Positions 12,500 to 25,127 of a stretch of DNA of 64,000 nt are shown in pieces; position 1 is the stretch's first letter; every line of letters starts with the position of its first letter. This DNA is from Monocercomonoides exilis PA203 (Eukaryota; Protista; Preaxostyla), in contig LSRY02000009.1 of NCBI GenBank assembly GCA_001643675.2, forward strand, positions 1,054,001 through 1,118,000. Reading direction: 5' to 3'. Both the position numbers and the translations under genes were made by a program. Below the pieces are notes generated by a model. It ran no database searches and was not told where the DNA came from. It saw only the letters and a list, made by a program, of their open reading frames with translations.

Positions 12500-12947
12500 T
12501 ATTTCAAAAATTGTGTCAATTCAATTTCCACATCTGACGCTTTGCGACAAATCCAATCAAAATTTGTCAAGAATAAAAAACTTCACAAGTTCCTCATATT
12601 GCATTAATGAAACAGCATATTCAAGTTTTTGAAATTAAAGGAAAGAACCTTTGAAAAAAATATATGAGAAATGACAAGCAAAATTGACTCGTTTGTCAAT
12701 TTGCCATTGACAGATTAAAAAGGGGAGGGGAAAAAAATCAAATTTGACAGGCATAACTTGATTGTTTGTGCAATCCAACAAAAGGATTGCGCTTAACTTT
12801 AAATATAAAAGCAAACATTAAAATAAAGATCAACAGAAACTAAATCTCTCAAACTTTAATTGTCAAAATAAATAAATAGATAGATATTTCGAGTTATAAA
12901 TACCCAATTAACGAGTGTGTCAATTTCTGTTCTTTCATTTGAAGGAA

Positions 12948-14064
12948 TTATTTATTAGCAACCTGATAAATAAGCTGAAGCATTCTATTGAAAGCTTCAA
13001 CCACCATTTCGAGAAGCGCCTGCTTCGCTTCCCCAGCAACGTTACCTTCAATCCCATTGCATTCAACCCACATTTGCTCAAACACACATGCCAAAAACAC
13101 AAAGTCTCCCAGAGTGAAAAGATGTGCTTTGTCCACAAATACACTTTCACATTTTTCTGTGTTCATATCCTCATTCTTTCTTGTAGATGGGCAACTGATC
13201 TCCGATTGTGACCCGCTCTTCTTCCCTTCTTCCTCCCCTTCTCCAGGAACAAACAAAGGATTCAAATAAAACAACCCTGCACCTCCATATGACCCTCTTG
13301 CTTTCCCCTTTCCAATCTTCTCCAGCTGCTTTGAATAGCTCAACTGTCCATCTTCAGCTTTCTCCGCCTCATTTCCAGCCTCTCCCAGAACCTTAACACG
13401 CTTTCCATCCCATCCAAGCAATGCGTGCTCTTCAACAGCAGATAGCTCTGCAATTGGCAGGAAAGCGGGCTCCTTTGACGAAGGATGAGCCTGGTGCGTG
13501 TTCAGACCAAAGCGCAGCAGGAAAGAAGAAAGGATCGTTGTCTGCTGCGGAAGAGGAAGGGACAAAAAGAGGTTAATTTGGTTCAGGAGATGCGAGGAAA
13601 AGAAGGATTTAAGAGATGCAAGCGTTGCCAACAAACAATTCAACGTGCAACAATTAGATGGATGCAGAGACAGCTCTGTGCATTCTTCACCAGAATGAGA
13701 ACAGTTATTGGCACTAAGCCATTCACTCCCTTTTCCTTTCGAATTGCAACTTGTCTGTCTGTGAGCAAATATCGAACTCTCATACACCTTTTCATTGAAC
13801 GTATCATGAACGCATGCATGCAAATTCTCATCCATTGAAAAAGTTGGCGAATAACGCAACTCTGAACGGGATCGCGTGAGAGATGTGATGCAGATCGGAA
13901 TATCACCTGGAGGCGGCGTAACAGAAGCAACATATTCCCGCTCGAGAAGATATTGCAGCAAACTAAAAAATCAGACATTCATTTCATAAATGAAAAAAAA
14001 AATACAGTGCATTCGTTTTCCCAGATGAAATAACACCGAATGAAAGGAAACAAAAACACAAAAA

Positions 14065-14113
<49 letters not shown>

Positions 14114-17100
14114 AAAGATTTTTTGATATTCAAATGGGAATATACATATATGCCCATTCCCCAAATATTAAATATTCTCATGAACAACAATCAAGCAAAT
14201 AAATGAATGCAAACTCTTCTTCAGTCACTTCGTGCTTCACTTTCTCTTTAATAGCTGAAATCGTCTCCTTGCTGAACATCCCCATTTCCTTCGCTAATTG
14301 AACAATAAGCTGCCTCACAGAAGTCGAATGGTCCTCTCCCAAATTGAACACTCTCAGCAAGTCTTCCACTGCAACTGACGAACTGCCAGACAAACCCGTA
14401 GTTAAACTCGTTTTCTCGCTTTTCTCTTCTTCTGCACTTCTTTCTTTCGAGAGCGCCAATTCTTTCTCTTTTCTCATCTGGCTCCTCAATCGCTCTGCTC
14501 TGTCCAAGCTCAGGCATATTCCATCCACAATGTCCCTCACATTCGTATAATCCCTTCTGAACGACCCGTCCCCATACATCGTCACTTTCTCCTTCCCTTC
14601 TGAATGCAGCATCCGAGTGAAGCAGGGAATCGCCATGTCAATCCGCCCCATTGCCGAGCTGCCCAGCACCTCGCCATCAACAGTGAAAAATCGGAGCCCT
14701 GTGAAGACAGGTGGAATTGGCGAGTGCGCAAGCACTGAAGATGGAATGAATGTGGACACGGGAGGAGAAGGAGGCGCTGTTGTTGATATCATGGGAGTGT
14801 GGGTTAATTTCGATATAAATTCAGCGGCTTGCCTTTCGTTTTCAACCTTTTGTGAAACAAGGAAGGAAGAATGCAAAAATGAAAAATGAAAAATGAAAAA
14901 AAGACTCAACAATATCCTCAAGTTATCTTACAACCACAAATAAATATACAAAAGCATTCAACTTTCTCACTCACACATCTCTTCACACTTTTGTATCCGC
15001 GTATATGCATTCAGGTGGCCCAACGCAAAGATGCTCTGCACAAAGTCCGTCTTTCATCTTTCCATACACAGAACTTGAAGAGGCATACACAATGCTCTGT
15101 GTGCCCCACCCTTCTCCTCTCTTCCCATCGCTCCAGTCTCCCACAGCCAGCTCAAACACATTTTGTGTCGTCAACACATTTTCTGATCTGAAAAGCTCCG
15201 GATACAGCATCGACGACCGAACACCAGCACGCGCTGCCAGATGAACAATATACGGAATGCGCACTTTCGTTTTCGATTCTGAATGAATCTGGCTATTATC
15301 ATTCGCTTTGTCCTCTGAAACAGGACATTTCACTCCAGTGACATATTTGTATGCTTTTTCAATTTTCGCGTGAAATCCTTCTTTGTCTCGCAAATCGTGG
15401 TAAATGAACACAAAATTCGTCAAAAGCGATATAACCCCTGTTCCGTTGCTGTCTTCACTTCCTGCCTCTTTCTTTTCTCCTCCTCTCTCTTCTTTCCATC
15501 TCTTCCCTCCAACCGCACGAGCCACTTCTTCCAGCCTTGCAATCGCATGTTCCTTGATTGACGATGAATAAAAATCATTCAGCGAGTCAACTGCAATCAC
15601 AGCAACCCCGCTCATCAGAAGTCTGTGGCACACCCAAGACCCAATAAAGCCAGCTGCTCCTGTCACAAGCGCAATTTTTGGCGGATCGCTTGACTCAATT
15701 GAGGACGACTGCGCAACAGACACGCTCTCATTATCAACAGAAGAAGTCAAAAGCGAAGCTGGGAGGAATAAAGAAGGAGGCGGTATGGGGCGGAGCAAGA
15801 AGGCCAACGACTCCGATTCCTTCTTAATCGCTTCCCTTTCCTGTTGTTTGCCATTCTCCTTCTCTTCCTTCTCTTCCTTCTCTTCCTTCTCTTCCTTCTC
15901 TTCCTTCTCTTCCTTCTCTTCCTTCTCTTCCTTCTCGGCTTTTCTTTCGCCTTCTTTTCCGCTGCAATCGTTTCCCCGCGCACACACACATGAAGGCAAG
16001 CGCAGCGCATTCACAGCCGCACGCAATTCCCTCAGCGAATCAAAAAAGCCTCGCTTTTGGCGCTCAGCAGGTAGAATCCTCTCAATCATACCTAAAAGAG
16101 CAGTGGCATCTGTTTTGACCGACTTGAGATCAGGCTCATCCTTTGTGAATGTTTGGCACAGAGAATAAACGAGCGAATGAAAAGTGGAAGAACCCGAAGA
16201 ACCCGAAGGAGCAGAAGCAGAAGCAGAAGCAGAAGCAGAAGCAGAAGAAAAATCTGTCAGTTTCTGATTCCATTCAGAAAATTCTGTCATCTTTTTCGAA
16301 ACAATCTCAACCAGTGAAAGCGGTGCAACACAAATCCCAGACGAAAGAGGGAACACCTCATTTTCTGAACCACAACTCGAAGAACTCCGTTCTTTTCCTT
16401 CCGAACTCGCTTTCCCCGCCGTTTCCACGCTGCATCCATTGCCCCCATCCTTCACAGCCTCCACTTTGTATACGCAACTCCCCTCCAGAAAGAAGAAAGC
16501 ACATTCTTCTTGTTTCTTCTCAGTCTTCTGCGGAATTCCCGGCCAATGAAACTCCTTCCCGCCACAACATCTGACCGATTCACACAAACAAATCCCTTTT
16601 TCTGCTTTTCCATTCTTTTCAACCCCAGTCCACGGCAATGCACTCACAGGCAGCCACGCATCTCTTGCACAGTTCTTCATGCAGTAGACAAACGGATTTA
16701 TCAGATCCAACGAAGACAAAACAGATGAAGACTCCAATGGCAATTTTTGTTCCTTCCCCAGATATTGCTCAACAAGCTCATCAATCAGTGTTCCAAGCAA
16801 CGGATACGCTGCCTTCACTGCTCCAATCGTTGCAACACAGCCCTTTTCATCTCCTTCTTTTCCTTTCTTTTCCTTCTCTTCTATTGAGAATTCTGCTCCT
16901 TTCACTTTCTTCTTCATTTCCTCCACCGCTTCCCATATCACATCCATCCCTCCTTCTCTTTGTGTATTCTGCTCAGTCAGCGTGCCCGGGTGCGTCATCT
17001 CGTTCAGCAGAAGCCTGGGGTAATGTTTCTCATGCAAGTTCTACTCATTTTCACATCCACACATATTCACAAAAATAAATGAATAACACACCAAAAATCA

Positions 17101-18324
17101 TCATTTGCATTTTAAAAAAAAATGAAATCACACACACACACACACACACAAATAAAAAAGAAAGATAGATAGAAAAGAAAAAAAGTTTGATAATCACAAA
17201 ATAATAATCACATAATTATTCTCAAAACCCCAACATACATATTTAACAAGAAGGAACGTAAGCTCTGCGCTAAATTGAACAATTCGAAGCTTCTCAACTT
17301 CGTCCTTCTCCAACTCTGCCTCTTTTCCAATCCGGAACAGCCATCTGCTGCGTCCAGTTGCACCGCCGCTCAACACTGCCCCACACGAATCCTCCGCCTT
17401 CGATTCCTCACATTTGCTTTGCCCTCCACAGCGAACAATATTCTCGGTGAGCGGGTAAACAAGCGGATGCGAGTTTTCGCTTCGCGATGAATCAAATGAC
17501 GGAAGATGCACAACAACATTCTGGCACCCTACAAAAAGCGCGCTCAAATACGCAGCAACCCCTTCGCCTTGGCGAGATCTTGGCTTCAGTCAAAATTTGA
17601 GGTTGTGCAAATTTTAATATCAAACAATAAAATTCACCCAATGATTCACAAAAATATTTATAAAAAAATTATTTTTTTAACAAATAAAGAAAGAATAGAA
17701 TGAAACAATAAACACATACCATTGCACTCAGCAGCATCTCCTTTATCGAACAAATAGAAGCTGCCAGCGAATTAACTTCCAGCACTGTCAAAATCGCTGC
17801 CAACAGCAAAAGCTCTTTCGAAATCTCCATCTTTTCCTAACAGACATTTCAAAAAAAAAAAAAATGCCAAAGATAAAACTTCATCAATAATAACAAAAAT
17901 AATGAAATCAAATTCGAAACCATCGGCATTTTATTTCGTGTGTATATTTTGAATGAAGCCCCAAGTTTTTTGTGCGGAAAATGCCTCTGCACCAATCCCA
18001 ACGCTCTTTCAAAATACTCCTTTTCCAAAGCACCGCGGCAATCAATTGCGCAATCACATGATGCATCTTTAACTCTGTTTTTCGAAAACACCGCTTCGAG
18101 GAAGCAGTCCACAAGAATCACGTTTCGAGGCTTCGACGCAAATGCCGGCAAAAACGAAGTTTCTCTTCGAAGTCCAGGTTCCAATCCACAAAACACCATT
18201 TCAACAACAACAAAAGCACAAAAACACAAGCACACCCAAGCTGAACTGGAAATGGCAAGGACAAATAATTCTGCGGATGCTCTCCAAATGCTTTGTAGAA
18301 TTCGCTCGAAAGTTCTTTATTCAT
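12948..18324 (-). CDS. Second (inverted) copy of the GHMP-like/epimerase fusion gene
   Basis: Mirror of 1868-7219 within IR1. Coding exons stay open, with one extra EEK repeat unit. Confidence 0.85.
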
Positions 18325-19202
18325 CGTCAAATCGGAAATAAGAAGATTCAATCAAAAATCTGATTTGATCATGCCCATTTTAGGAGTATCTGTTCAAAAC
18401 AAATTGGGATAAAATTTTATCATTTTCCAATTTTGTTCCACACAATATTTCCTATAATTTTTTTCTCAACTTTTGAATTTTTCTGAATTTTTTTCATTGT
18501 TACAGAAGATTTATTATGAAATAATTGCAGAAAAAGTTGTGAACAAATCCTTATTATTTTTCAAAAAACCAAAAATTTCGTCCCAAATTTGGAACCATCA
18601 CAATAGTTGGGCATCCCGCATTTTCAATGGGAATCAATAAACACAACAGTGAAAAGAAACATTTTCATCAAAAATTCTCATATCTTTCAGAGGTGATAAT
18701 GGAAAATCTGATTTTTGTGAATTTTGACAGAATCATTCATTCATCAAAACAGACAATCACCAATATCAAAAGTTAGTGTTCAAAATGAATAACTCACTTT
18801 GGACTGTTTGAAAGATATGTGGGTAATTGTTATTGAAATAATATTTTGGATGTTGATAATTTTTGTGTGAAGTTTTGTTGTGATTGGTTTCAAATGATCA
18901 CTGAGAAGAAACAATACCGTACAAAGATATCTTCATCTTTCTTTCATCTTGTGCATAAGCTTCTGTTATAGCTGTGATGTATTTCACATGTCAATGATTA
19001 TTTTCAAGATTGTGACAAAAAGACTTTATTGAAATCTACACCCAAAAAACAATACAGTCAAAACAGGAAATAATCACATCGAGCACAAACACATTTGTTT
19101 ATTATAACATTTTTTGAATTTATTTCCATTTATTTTTCATTGCATATAATCACAGGACCAAATATATAAAATTGCATTTTGTCTCTTAATGGGTTCATTT
19201 TT

Positions 19203-19530
19203 GGAGATATGGTATTTCAAATATAGATCCAACCGGGCTGGATCAGTGATATTGATTAATTTATCCATGCTACTGCAATACTTGATATTTCAATAAAAAG
19301 TTATAGAAGAGCTGTGGTATGAGATTTATGGACATAGTATTGCTTTTGTTTCATTGTTTATTGTGAGGTGATATGCAATGTATATGAGCAATTATATAAA
19401 TAAATGGTTGAATACAGTACTATAGTCCTTGTTATAGATAAATCGTGAATGTGTAAGTAGTTTGATAAATTAATGATGAGAAAACTGATGTATAGGTCCG
19501 GTCGATCTATATTTGAAATATCATATCTCC
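19203..19530. mobile_element. ~328 bp MITE with 27-bp TIRs (possibly MULE-type), copy 1
   Basis: GGAGATATGGTATTTCAAATATAGATC ... GATCTATATTTGAAATATCATATCTCC (1 mismatch). No TSD visible. The MULE guess rests only on the GAGATA terminus shared with maize Mu. Confidence 0.8.
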
Positions 19531-19663
19531 AGGAAAATTGATAGTTTTAACCATGTTTTAAGTCAATAAGTATTATCAGCATTGTGAATTGACATGTGGG
19601 AATGAATGCGTGTATTGAAAAATAATTATCAATATTTTTCTTATAACAAAGTTTAAAAAGCTG

Positions 19664-19879
19664 ATGGGAAGAAAGAAGATATATGCAACTGTTGAAGAAG
19701 CTAAGGAAGCACAACAGAGACAGATAAAACAGTATCAGGAAAGATGTAAGCAACAAACAAAGTATTACAAAGAACATGTGTCTGAGAAACAGAAGAATAT
19801 AATAAAGATTCTGAGAAGAAAGATAATAGAAGACGAGGATGTATTAGATGAGATAATGAAAAGAGTGGAACAAAAATAA
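19664..19879 (+). CDS. Small basic helical protein, 71 aa (MGRKKIYATVEEAKEAQ...), function unknown
   Basis: Clean ATG-TAA ORF with purine-rich, coding-like composition; the protein is K/R/E/Q-rich. Confidence 0.55.
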   Translation: MGRKKIYATVEEAKEAQQRQIKQYQERCKQQTKYYKEHVSEKQKNIIKILRRKIIEDEDVLDEIMKRVEQK

Positions 19880-20229
19880 GTGGTGAATGCAATTGTGCGT
19901 GAATGAACGTGAATATTTTTATCAATTGATGTTAAGCTGGGTCATTGTTTGTTGGTTTATGTTTGACTTTTTGAACACACCATGGTAATACATCACTGAA
20001 TACAATGAATTCGAGAAGAGGTGCAAATGACATGAAGTAAATTAACAGTGAGCATATGACAGGGAGAGTCGGGTTTGTTTGAATACAAATCAGAACACAA
20101 AATGGTAGGAATAACATGTAGTGAAAGAACAGTATGTTTACAATATCGTGCATGTGGTATGTTTGTATATGTGTTTTAAAATTAATTAAAAATAAAATAA
20201 GGAATCTGCGTTGTTTTGAGTGTGATTGC

Positions 20230-20291
20230 ATTATGTCAGTATATTATGTCAGTATATTATGTCAGTATATTATGTCAGTATATTATGTCAG
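20230..20291. repeat. 13-bp tandem repeat (TATTATGTCAGTA) x ~5; mirror at 24367-24428
   Basis: Directly visible. Confidence 0.95.
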
Positions 20292-20327
20292 CGACTTACA
20301 TAAATAATATTGCATATATTGTCATTA

Positions 20328-21295
20328 GAACTTGATTGATTTGACTGCATCAAGTGGCATTAGATCGGTCAACATCCAATGAGATCGATCTAATGCCATT
20401 AAGATGCAGTCAAATTGGATGTGACTCAGTCACATCCGATCATTTCCATTCTGGGTTTCAAGATCAAAGTATTTTTTTTTTTAAAAATGATAATAAAAAT
20501 TGATAATTTCCGTTTTATTTTATATCATTTTGATTGAATTAAATAATTTTTCACTCTAAATAGTTTTTTTATTTTGTTAGTAATAAAAAATTGTTGATAT
20601 ATTTCGGAAAAACCTAAAAATTCTAATTGTTTTTGTTTGATATTAATTATTGATGATTTATAAAAAATGATATAAGAAAATTTCATCTCATTTTTCAATA
20701 TTAAGAACTAGTTTCATTTGTTTTTCACATTTCTCAAAAATTTTCAGAAAAAGAAAAAATACAAAAAAGAAGCTTTCGAATCATATATTCTTTTTATTTT
20801 TCATTCGAAAGAAAAAATATCAAAAAATGATTGATTCATAAACACATAACAGTCAAGAAAACACAAAAAGTTTAATTTTTTATAAATGTTGAAAATTTTT
20901 CAAAAAAACTGAATATGAAAATGTTAATAATGAAATATATTTACAGTTTCATCTCGATTTTAGTTGAAAAAGTTCGTTGCAGAGTCGCAATGATAAATAA
21001 ATCAAGTTTTCAAATTGCTGAATTAACTAAAGAAAACAACAAAAAATCAAACAAACATCAAAATAATGTATTTTAAACAATAACATATTGAAAATTCAAT
21101 GTTTACAAACTTGTTATAATAAAAATATTAATAAAACAAAAAAATGCTCGATCACAATTCGTGATCATAAAAATCACAATTTCGCCCTTTGTGAGATTGA
21201 GGGAAATTCGAAAAAAATTAGCAAAATTCGATAAACCAGACAAAATTGATTTGACTGAGTCACATTTTCGCGACTCAGTCAAATCAATCAAGTTC
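20328..21295. mobile_element. ~970 bp non-autonomous TIR element with hairpin-forming ends, copy 1
   Basis: TA|GAACTTGATTGATTTGACTG ... CAGTCAAATCAATCAAGTTC|TA. The perfect inverted repeat spans 20324-20347 / 21276-21299 and the interior is AT-rich and non-coding. Confidence 0.75.
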
Positions 21296-21306
21296 TAATT
21301 AAGACT

Positions 21307-21515
21307 GCACAGTTAGTCTAGTGGTATGGTCAAGTACCTTGTTAATGAGAGGTTACAGGTTCGAGTCCGGGTCGAGCCAATAATGTTTCTCAAAAACAAA
21401 GTATAAGATCCTTGTGGGCTGGCCACCTACATGTCCACTAAAAGCTGGAGGTTATAAATAATGGTGCATCTGTTCCAATAATAACAATTACAATAACAAT
21501 AACAAAAAAGCTTTT
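21307..21515 (+). ncRNA. tRNA-derived Pol III unit / SINE-like sequence (degenerate tRNA head 21307-21379)
   Basis: A-box TAGTCTAGTGG (21314-21324) and B-box GGTTCGAGTCC (21358-21368). Stems are mispaired. A CAATAA-like/A-rich tail precedes the first TTTT at 21512. Confidence 0.6.
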
Positions 21516-21694
21516 AGGAGCTTTCTCAAGAAACCTCCAGCTCAGCTTGAGTTTTGCTATTTTATTTGTTAACCACATGTTACCTAATTGAAGCGTGTAT
21601 CCTGAATTGATTATAAACGATAAGTAGTAATGTGTTTGTTCAAATAGCTGCATGTGTGGAATGGGTTTATTCAACAAAAGTCTCAGGTCAGAAA

Positions 21695-21950
21695 TGTCAC
21701 CGGATAAATTCTGTGTGGAGAAAATGTTCTAAAACCCATTCCAGAAAGTGTCACCGGATAGTGTGACCAACTTCTTGAATGGAGAAAATGTTCTAAATCC
21801 TATTCTAGAAGTCGGTCACTGTCACCAGAAGTGTCACCGGATGAGATTTAATCCAGTGACAGTACTTCTGACATGGAGATTTGCTCATGAAACTCCGCAC
21901 CAGAAGTGTCACCGGTGTCACCGGATGAGGACTCTTCGGGTCCGGGGTAT
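21695..21950. repeat. GTCACCGG motif array followed by a GC hairpin (array mirrored at 22725-22957)
   Basis: Five GTCACCGG plus variants, a duplicated TGGAGAAAATGTTCTAAA block, then GGACTCTTCGGGTCC and GGGGTAT. Confidence 0.8.
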
Positions 21951-22075
21951 ATGTATACACAAATATATATTTAACAATATATTTTTAACAATAACGTTTA
22001 TTGACGTATACAGTAAATAAACAGTAAATAGACATATACACTTTCGAGATACTTTCATGAGTTTATTAACGTATA

Positions 22076-22524
22076 CAGTCTAAACCAGATATAATCACAT
22101 CTGTTTTTGCAGGACTTTTTGTGACTATATCCGATTGTGAAAATATCCGATGCTGCTTAACACAGAAATAAATAATAATTTATAAATAAATATATTTATT
22201 CTTGGTCAATTTTTAATTTTTGAAAATTCTTCATTAAAACGCATTTTTCAATAGAAAAAACAATTATTAATGTTTCATTATGTTATTCAGACTTATTTAA
22301 ACATTATTTTGAAAAATGGATTTTTTGAATTTTTTGATCAAAAAACCGATTTTTCAATGAAAAAATCATCCATCATAATTAAAAATGTGACTATCTCTTT
22401 TCAGCACTGTGATTATATGCGATGAAAAATGAATGAAAAATAGGCCAAAAATGTCGGTGCATGGAAAAATGTGACTATAAACGAATGTGATTGTATTTGA
22501 TGTGATTATATCCGGTTTTGACTG
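22076..22524. mobile_element. pogo/Tc1-mariner-like MITE (449 bp) in the IR2 spacer
   Basis: TA|CAGTCTAAACCAGATATAATCACATC ... GATGTGATTATATCCGGTTTTGACTG|TA: 26-bp imperfect TIR, CAGT terminus, TA duplication. Confidence 0.85.
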
Positions 22525-23136
22525 TACAATTTATGAATAAAACTGGTAAGATATACTGTTTATTGTTATAATATTTATGAAAACTACTGGTAAGATAAAT
22601 ATAACAATAATATTTATGATAGTTACTGATGTTCATTAAAACTTATAATCATTTCTATTAATATATTTTACGTAATAAATCAATTACTCTCTGTTTTATA
22701 TCTCACATAAAAATGAAGAAGCTCCATCCGGTGACACCGGTGACACTTCTGGTGCGGAGTTTCATGAGCAAATCTCCATGTCAGAAGTACTGTCACTGGA
22801 TTAAATCTCATCCGGTGACACTTCTGGTGACAGTGACCGACTTCTAGAATAGGATTTAGAACATTTTCTCCATTCAAGAAGTTGGTCACACTATCCGGTG
22901 ACACTTTCTGGAATGGGTTTTAGAACATTTTCTCCACACAGAATTTATCCGGTGACATTTCTGACCTGAGACTTTTGTTGAATAAACCCATTCCACACAT
23001 GCAGCTATTTGAACAAACACATTACTACTTATCGTTTATAATCAATTCAGGATACACGCTTCAATTAGGTAACATGTGGTTAACAAATAAAATAGCAAAA
23101 CTCAAGCTGAGCTGGAGGTTTCTTGAGAAAGCTCCT

Positions 23137-23345
23137 AAAAGCTTTTTTGTTATTGTTATTGTAATTGTTATTATTGGAACAGATGCACCATTATTTATAA
23201 CCTCCAGCTTTTAGTGGACATGTAGGTGGCCAGCCCACAAGGATCTTATACTTTGTTTTTGAGAAACATTATTGGCTCGACCCGGACTCGAACCTGTAAC
23301 CTCTCATTAACAAGGTACTTGACCATACCACTAGACTAACTGTGC
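23137..23345 (-). ncRNA. Mirror copy of the tRNA-derived unit
   Basis: Reverse complement of 21307-21515. Confidence 0.6.
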
Positions 23346-23356
23346 AGTCTTAATTA

Positions 23357-24330
23357 GAACTTGATTGATTTGACTGAGTCGCGAAAATGTGACTCAGTCA
23401 AATCAATTTTTGTCTGGTTTATCGAATTTTGCTAATTTTTTTTCGAATTTCCCTCAATCTCACAAAGGGCGAAATTGTGATTTTTATGATCACGAATTGT
23501 GATCGAGCATTTTTTTGTTTTATTAATATTTTTATTATAACAAGTTTGTAAACATTGAATTTTCAATATGTTATTGTTTAAAATACATTATTTTGATGTT
23601 TGTTTGATTTTTTGTTGTTTTCTTTAGTTAATTCAGCAATTTGAAAACTTGATTTATTTATCATTGCGACTCTGCAACGAACTTTTTCAACTAAAATCGA
23701 GATGAAACTGTAAATATATTTCATTATTAACATTTTCATATTCAGTTTTTTTGAAAAATTTTCAACATTTATAAAAAATTAAACTTTTTTGTGTTTTCTT
23801 GACTGTTATGTGTTTATGAATCAATCATTTTTTGATATTTTTTCTTTTCGAATGAAAAATAAAAAGAATATATGATTCGAAAGCTTCTTTTTTTGTATTT
23901 TTTCTTTTTTCTGAAAATTTTTGAGAAATGTGAAAAACAAATGAAACTAGTTCTTAATATTGAAAAATGAGATGAAATTTTCTTATATCATTTTTTATAA
24001 ATCATCAATAATTAATATCAAACAAAAACAATTAGAATTTTTAGGTTTTTCCGAAATATATCAACAATTTTTTATTACTAACAAAATAAAAAAACTATTT
24101 AGAGTGAAAAATTATTTAATTCAATCAAAATGATATAAAATAAAACGGAAATTATCAATTTTTATTATCATTTTTAAAAAAAAAAATACTTTGATCTTGA
24201 AACCCAGAATGGAAATGATCGGATGTGACTGAGTCACATCCAATTTGACTGCATCTTAATGGCATTAGATCGATCTCATTGGATGTTGACCGATCTAATG
24301 CCACTTGATGCAGTCAAATCAATCAAGTTC
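23357..24330. mobile_element. Same TIR element, copy 2
   Basis: Mirror within IR2. Confidence 0.75.
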
Positions 24331-24778
24331 TAATGACAATATATGCAATATTATTTATGTAAGTCGCTGACATAATATACTGACATAATATACTGACATA
24401 ATATACTGACATAATATACTGACATAATGCAATCACACTCAAAACAACGCAGATTCCTTATTTTATTTTTAATTAATTTTAAAACACATATACAAACATA
24501 CCACATGCACGATATTGTAAACATACTGTTCTTTCACTACATGTTATTCCTACCATTTTGTGTTCTGATTTGTATTCAAACAAACCCGACTCTCCCTGTC
24601 ATATGCTCACTGTTAATTTACTTCATGTCATTTGCACCTCTTCTCGAATTCATTGTATTCAGTGATGTATTACCATGGTGTGTTCAAAAAGTCAAACATA
24701 AACCAACAAACAATGACCCAGCTTAACATCAATTGATAAAAATATTCACGTTCATTCACGCACAATTGCATTCACCAC

Positions 24779-24994
24779 TTATTTTTGTTCCACTCTTTTC
24801 ATTATCTCATCTAATACATCCTCGTCTTCTATTATCTTTCTTCTCAGAATCTTTATTATATTCTTCTGTTTCTCAGACACATGTTCTTTGTAATACTTTG
24901 TTTGTTGCTTACATCTTTCCTGATACTGTTTTATCTGTCTCTGTTGTGCTTCCTTAGCTTCTTCAACAGTTGCATATATCTTCTTTCTTCCCAT
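24779..24994 (-). CDS. Second copy of the 71-aa basic protein
   Basis: Identical mirror ORF in IR2. Confidence 0.55.
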   Translation of the reverse strand: MGRKKIYATVEEAKEAQQRQIKQYQERCKQQTKYYKEHVSEKQKNIIKILRRKIIEDEDVLDEIMKRVEQK

Positions 24995-25127
24995 CAGCTT
25001 TTTAAACTTTGTTATAAGAAAAATATTGATAATTATTTTTCAATACACGCATTCATTCCCACATGTCAATTCACAATGCTGATAATACTTATTGACTTAA
25101 AACATGGTTAAAACTATCAATTTTCCT

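Larger units (their letters stand above)
11011..19202 (-). repeat. IR1 right arm
   Basis: Mirror of 990-9153. The differences I saw are homopolymer lengths, one extra GAAGAGAAG unit (684 vs 681 aa ORF) and two substitutions near the outer end. Confidence 0.97.
19204..21927 (+). repeat. IR2 left arm (~2.7 kb)
   Basis: Reverse complement of 22725-25454, with mirrored ORFs (19664..19879+ vs 24779..24994-). The only differences I saw are homopolymer lengths. Confidence 0.97.

Noticed and set aside
20230-20291. CRISPR-like array (also considered for 21695-21927)
   Set aside because: The repeats are contiguous or irregular with no unique spacers, there are no cas genes, and the context is eukaryotic.
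21307-21379. Functional tRNA-Asn(GTT)
   Set aside because: Acceptor, anticodon and T stems do not pair properly; retained only as a tRNA-derived sequence.
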